A DNA stretch of 64,000 nucleotides from assembly GCA_010909165.1 (NCBI GenBank), contig MU008162.1, positions 1,860,001-1,924,000 of the forward strand. Direction: 5' to 3'. Made by a program: the position numbers and the translations under genes. The stretch is from Anthoceros angustus. Lineage: Eukaryota; Plantae; Anthocerotophyta. This document shows, piece by piece, positions 59,049-64,000 of this stretch; the stretch's first letter is position 1; the number at the start of each line of letters is the position of its first letter. The notes under the pieces were generated by a model that did no database searches, had not been told where the DNA came from, and worked only from the letters and a program-made list of their open reading frames with translations.

Positions 59049-60019
59049 CTAATCGAACAAGCTGAAGCCCATGTCGTCCTCCGACTCTTCAGCGGGTTCC
59101 GCCTTTTCTTCCTCGTTGGCTGCTGCAGCAGCAGGTGCAGCAGCTGCTGATGTCTCCACCGGAGCGGCGGCCACCGCAAATTTGCTCGGATCCTTCAAGT
59201 ACTCCTTCACCTTCCCCGCCTGAGGGAATGAATAGCCTGTGTCAATGGCAATAGCCAACACGTTCTTGTAACTGTTGACGAAGAAGTGTGGTGCTGCCGC
59301 CAGTGTCGGGTAGTCCAGACCCAGAGAAAGTGCTGCCACTGTCGATATTCCAGCAGTGAGCTTGTCCATCAAGTCATCTTCTGTCAGATCCAACACCGCA
59401 GGATCGAACACCGACCCATTGTCGAAGATGCTCTGAACCACAAGCCCGTATGAGAAAGGACGGATTCCCAGCTTAGCCAACAATGCTGCCTCGGAAGACC
59501 CGACCTTGTCACCCTTCTTGATAAGCTCCACCGGGGCTATGATTTCCACAGTCCCCTTGTTAATCTTCGTGGGGATGTTGAGCACCTGGAAGAAGGAAGT
59601 CTGGGAGGGATCCAGCCCAGTGTTCCCCGGAGGAACCACCACATCAATGGGTGCCACAAGACCCACACGGGCAGGTGCTCCCACTTTGTACTTGGGTACT
59701 TGGCAACCTCTTCCCTCACCTCCTTCAGATCACCCTTGGTGAATATCAGCCCAACGTTACCCACCAGCAACGGTATCAGATTCAAGATAGCTTCGTTACC
59801 CATCTTCTCAGCGTGGATTCGAATGGTCCTCTTCATCATCGTGTTTTTCCCCATCAGCACCACGGACTCAGGCCTCAACCCCTTCCTAATGCCCTGCAAC
59901 TGATTGGACCCAACATTGTCGGCAAGACAAATCAGGACCTGATTGAACTCCTCCAACAGGTCGCACATCTTCCTGTCATACGCCTGTTTCTTCTCCTGCT
60001 TAGTACCTTTGAAACCCAT
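59049..60019 (-). pseudogene. RPP0: 60S acidic ribosomal protein P0 (uL10) paralog, frameshifted by an 8-bp duplication
   Basis: Near-identical to 62061-63023. gtacttgg is duplicated at 59688-59703, breaking the frame at AKY/KVG. Confidence 0.9.
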
Positions 60020-60442
60020 GGCTCCTTCCCGAGCTGCATCAGGTACCGCCAATTAGCTTCACCAACACCGCCAACAACAGGCGACATAGCACGACGACCA
60101 ACGACGTGACTACAACAAGGAAGCCACCCCAAGCTCAGTAAAATCCGGGAAAAGAACAGCAGAGCAAAATTCACCCTCGTACCACAGCAGGCAGGAGATA
60201 CTCTCAAAGAAACTAATTAACATGGAGAGCACGAAATCAATGAACTCCAAGGACCGCACCTGTTCAGAACGAACCCCCAAGCTCCGGCGAAGGAAAAACG
60301 CTCCGCTTCACAAACAAAGGAGAGAAGGATATACCCACACCCTGCGATCGACAACGAACCGGGGGCCAAGCCGACGCTGTCGGCATGGCGGGCAGACGTA
60401 CTACGTCGTGCTAGTTCGCTACGTCGTGCTGCGGCTTTCAAA

Positions 60443-61633
60443 ATGGGGGAATTGGAGGGAACCATAGACATTGTGACTCCAGCGCCCAGTGCAACGGGGA
60501 CGTCAGTTGGGGATGAGGAAGGGGGTGTGATCTTTGTGCTGGAAAAGGCGTCCTTGGAAGTTTGCAAAGTTGGCAAGGTATGTGGCCGGGGGCTGCTGGT
60601 GCTGACGAGGTGAAGAGGGCTCAGGCCTTGGATGATAATGCCTGGTTTGTTGCGTGATTTGTGTGTGCAGGGGTATCAGCTTCTGAATTACGATGACCAT
60701 GCCAAGTTCCTGCGGGCACACAAGCGGGATCCTGCGAATTATCGTCCAGACATCGTCCACCAGGTCTTGCTTCGGAGCCCTGTTAGGGGGTTATTGAGCT
60801 TCGCGAGATTGCAGCCATGGGGTTTCCAGCTTACTGATATGGGGATTTTGCATTGGAAGGGAGCAGGCTTTGTTGACTAGGACAGCCCGTTGAATAAGGC
60901 AGGACGGTTGAGGGGGTTGTTTGTGAAGACAGACAAGAATGTCCTGATTCAGGTGAATCCTCACATTCGTATTCCACGGGACCTTCAAGCGCTTCTGTGG
61001 TCTTGTGGGTAAGCTTGTTTTAGAATTAGGTGGTGATTTTCTTATCTGCTGACATTCTTGCTAGGGCTGTCGTCTGACTGATGTTTGTTATGCGGCAGTA
61101 CAATTGCTAGAAAAGCTAAGCATTCGAGAGCGGGGTGCTAGTTCAATGGAATTGGGTTGGCAAGCCCATCTGCGGCTGAGCTCTGCTGGCCTTGGCCCAA
61201 CTGATGGTCTCTACTGGTACATGATGGAAACAGGAATGTCGTTTAGTGCACCCAAAGTTGTTCAATTACGGGACTACATCAAAGCAGCTGGCCTTAAATC
61301 CACTACAGTTTTTGTGGTGAGGATACGGACAAACCTGCTTTTCGGTTTCTTTGTGCCGTGCCATAGTCGAACCTTCTAAGTATCTCAGTACAGGTGGGAG
61401 CAATGGCCCATGGCAAGATTGAAGCTGATTACATAGATGATCTAGTATCAGGTATGAAATGTCTTGGAGCTTGCATGCATTCCTTGTCCTGCAGTCTTTC
61501 ACCAGCGTGGGTATTGAGGAAGGTGCATCATCTGAGTGAATGCTGTCTTGCAGTTTCGGAGCACCCATTAAGCGCTGCGTGCTGCCTTGGTCGCATCTGC
61601 AACGCCCTAGAGCAAGAATGCAAAATCGCATAG
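60443..61633 (+). pseudogene. EMG1: EMG1/NEP1 rRNA pseudouridine methyltransferase, 6 exons, apparently damaged
   Basis: VIFVLEKASLE, YQLLNYDDH, YRPDIVHQ, DSPLNKAGRL, VNPHIRIPR/TFKRFCGL, VGAMAHG, SEHPLSAA. Lesions at ~60879 (deletion), ~60980 (+1 G) and 61128-61232 (non-homologous segment). Confidence 0.85.
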
Positions 61634-62060
61634 TCCTGCTGCAACAATGTCTCTCGTTTGTGTGCTCTCAGGCCACAGGACGTTGAAACTTGAGCAAGCA
61701 GCCGTTCAGGAGACTGTTGGCTGTTACTTCGAAGGCATCTTACTCCGGACATCACCGCCTATTTTGATTCGATTATGTGAGCACACAATGTGGCTTACGA
61801 GTGGTATATCGTAGCAAAAGTTTATCTTCTCCGGCAGACGTCGCTTCACGCGTAGGGACATACGTGGAAATACCTCCTGCCTGCAATGACCTTCCGGGAG
61901 AATCAGCGCTCGAACAGTCTAATTAGAAGTACAGAAGTTCGCTTCTGCAAATTCTTACATCAGACACCTCAAAATTCTTCGGCCAGAGTATGAGAAATTT
62001 GGGAACATCAAATGGCCGTCACAAAATGCCGAAAGAGTGATTAGACAAGCTGGAGCGAAA

Positions 62061-63023
62061 CTAGTCGAACAGGCTGAAGCCCATGTCGTCGTCCGACTCT
62101 TCAGCGGGTTCCGCCTTTTCTTCCTCCTTGGCCGCTGCAGCAGCGGGTGCAGCAGCTGCTGGTGTCTCCACCGGAGCGGCGGCCACCACAAATTTGCTCG
62201 GGTCCTTCAAGTACTCCTTCACCTTCACCGCCTGAGGGAATGAGTAGCCTGTCTCAATGGCAATAGCCAACACGTTCTTGTAACTGTTGACGAAGAAGTG
62301 TGGTGCTGCCGCCAGTGTCGGGTAGTTCAGACCCAGAGAAAGTGCTGCCACTGTCGATATTCCGGCAGTGAGCTTGCTCATCAAGTCATCTTCTGTCAGA
62401 TCCAAGACTGCAGGATCGAACACCGACCCATTATCGTAGATGCTCTGAACCACGAGCCCGTATGAGAAAGGACGGATTCCCAATTTAGCCAACAAAGCAG
62501 CCTCAGAGGACCCGACCTTGTCACCCTTCTTGATAAGCTCCACCGGGGCTATGATTTCCACAGTTCCCTTGTTGATTTTCGTGGGAATGTTAAGCACCTG
62601 AAAGAAAGAAGTCTGGGAGGGATCCAGCCCAGTGTTCCCCGGAGGAACCACCACATCAATGGGTGCCACGAGACCCACACGGGCAGGTGCTCCCACCTTG
62701 TACTTGGCAACCTCCTCCCTCACCTCCTTCAGATCACCCTTGGTGAAGATCAGACCAACGTTACCCACCAGCAACGGTATCAAATTCAAGATAGCTTCAT
62801 TGCCCGTCTTCTCAGAGTGGATACGAATGGTCCTCTTCATCATCGTGTTTTTTCCCATCAACACCACAGACTCGGGCCTCAACCCCTTCCTGATGGCCTG
62901 CAACTGATTGGATCCAACATTGTCGGCGGCACAAATCAGGACCTGATTGAACTCCTCCAATAGGTCGCACATCTTCCTGTCATACGCCTGTTTCTTCTCC
63001 TGCTTGGTACCCTTGAAACCCAT
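62061..63023 (-). CDS. RPP0: 60S acidic ribosomal protein P0 (uL10), 320 aa, intronless CDS
   Basis: Complete ORF: [30 protein letters not shown]-terminal [14 protein letters not shown] 5'-UTR intron acceptor lies just upstream. Confidence 0.97.
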   Translation of the reverse strand: MGFKGTKQEKKQAYDRKMCDLLEEFNQVLICAADNVGSNQLQAIRKGLRPESVVLMGKNTMMKRTIRIHSEKTGNEAILNLIPLLVGNVGLIFTKGDLKEVREEVAKYKVGAPARVGLVAPIDVVVPPGNTGLDPSQTSFFQVLNIPTKINKGTVEIIAPVELIKKGDKVGSSEAALLAKLGIRPFSYGLVVQSIYDNGSVFDPAVLDLTEDDLMSKLTAGISTVAALSLGLNYPTLAAAPHFFVNSYKNVLAIAIETGYSFPQAVKVKEYLKDPSKFVVAAAPVETPAAAAPAAAAAKEEEKAEPAEESDDDMGFSLFD

Positions 63024-63528
63024 TGCTCCTGTAATGGAAGGTACTGAAAGTTAGCGTCATTGAGATTGTCGCGAAGAGAAACATAATTCTATCGTAATAG
63101 AATGACTGACACCGGTAAGTCCTCCTAACATGGGAACCGAAGGCTAAGAAGTACCTTCAAGAGTTCCCCTGTTTGCCAAATGGGTCTGCAGCGTGGCCTA
63201 GCTACAAAGCAAGCTAAAGATACTCGGAAGACATGGACTTCGGATGCTGAGCGAGAAATCAAAACAGTACCACACCTGGTTCGAAGGATCCCGAAAAACT
63301 CCGGCAAACAAACGCTCCGCTTCACCGACAAAGGATACAAGGATGATTTCCTCGAGCTACGAACTGCAAGAAACTGGGGGCCAAGTCGAGCCTGGTCGGA
63401 CAAGGCGGGCAGAGTGACTGCCACTTTAACCCCGATATACGAGATGCGCCGACAAGTGAAGAGCGCAAAGCCACAGCAAAGGAAGGACCTAACTCTTGGC
63501 TCCCTCGCCTATTTCAACAGCCAATATT

Positions 63529-63561
63529 TAGGGTTTTGGCGTTTGTGTCCTTGAACCCTAA
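63529..63561. promoter_or_regulatory. Telo-box motifs in the RPP0/RPF1 divergent promoter
   Basis: tagggttt (63529-63536) and aaccctaa (63554-63561). Telo-boxes are established elements of plant ribosome/translation gene promoters. Confidence 0.6.
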
Positions 63562-63715
63562 ACCTCACCTAAGGAACCGCTGCTATCCATGGGGAGTATT
63601 TACGTATTGAGCACATCTTGCTCCTCTCGGTAGCATCCGCGTCAACTGATCCAGAACCAGGTGTTGGTATATCATAAGCTCAGGAACCCCTGTTCGTCCT
63701 TTTGGGCTTGGAGCC

Positions 63716-63934
63716 ATGGCCAAGGGAAAGCGCAAACGTGGGGATGACGACGACGACGACGATGATGGAGATGATCGCAGAGATAAGAAGGTTGTGCTGC
63801 CCTCGCAGATTAGGAACAAGGATCGGAGAGCTGCTGCTTATGCAAAGTTAAAGACCGCGAAGAAAAGGGATAAGCAAAAGGCTCAGCAGGCGCGCTTGGC
63901 TGCTGAGAAGGAGGCCGAGGAGCTTGGCGAAGCG
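63716..63934 (+). CDS. RPF1: Ribosome production factor 1 (Brix family), exon 1; gene continues beyond the window
   Basis: VLPSQIRNKDRRAAAYAKLKTAKKRDK...AAEKEAEELGE followed by a gtaagc donor matches the RPF1 N-terminus. Confidence 0.8.
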
Positions 63935-64000
63935 GTAAGCTGCTGAACGGTGGGTTGGGGGTATAGCAGTTGTCGCTGCAAGGTTTTCTGATGGGTGATG

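Overview
Eukaryotic nuclear DNA from a compact, non-seed land-plant genome. A hornwort-like source is inferred from ~90-120 bp GT-AG introns, PLS-class PPR genes with a 'PGQSWWTD' PG-box, and CRE-type retroelements; the species is not proven. Recognisable genes: a Myb/SANT (trihelix-like) protein, a plant coiled-coil protein, an intronless bacterial-type GHL10 (YddW/DigH-like) glycoside hydrolase, a small 3-exon membrane protein, a 1488-aa PPR protein made of two fused PLS-E-E+ modules, two tRNA-Val(CAC) copies, a GDSL lipase fused to a fasciclin (FAS1) domain, a LigB/DODA dioxygenase, an RGS1-like 7TM protein without an RGS box, and a ribosome-related group (RPP0 pseudogene / damaged EMG1 / RPP0 / RPF1). 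Accessory DNA: a decayed MYCBP2/Highwire-like RING-Cys-relay E3 gene, CRE-like non-LTR fragments, a microsatellite-tailed dispersed element, higher-order minisatellites, an hAT MITE with an 8-bp TSD, and a broken Ty3/gypsy element. That element has ~5 kb of satellite in its LTR/leader and a C5-cytosine methyltransferase between protease and RT, which is the top candidate system here. The 30.6-37.4 kb region is a local amplification joined by six 7-10 bp microhomology junctions. Several regions (35-37 kb, 41.6-47.6 kb, 50.9-51.6 kb) show homopolymer noise or fold-backs that could be long-read or assembly artefacts, so frameshift and duplication calls need checking against raw reads.
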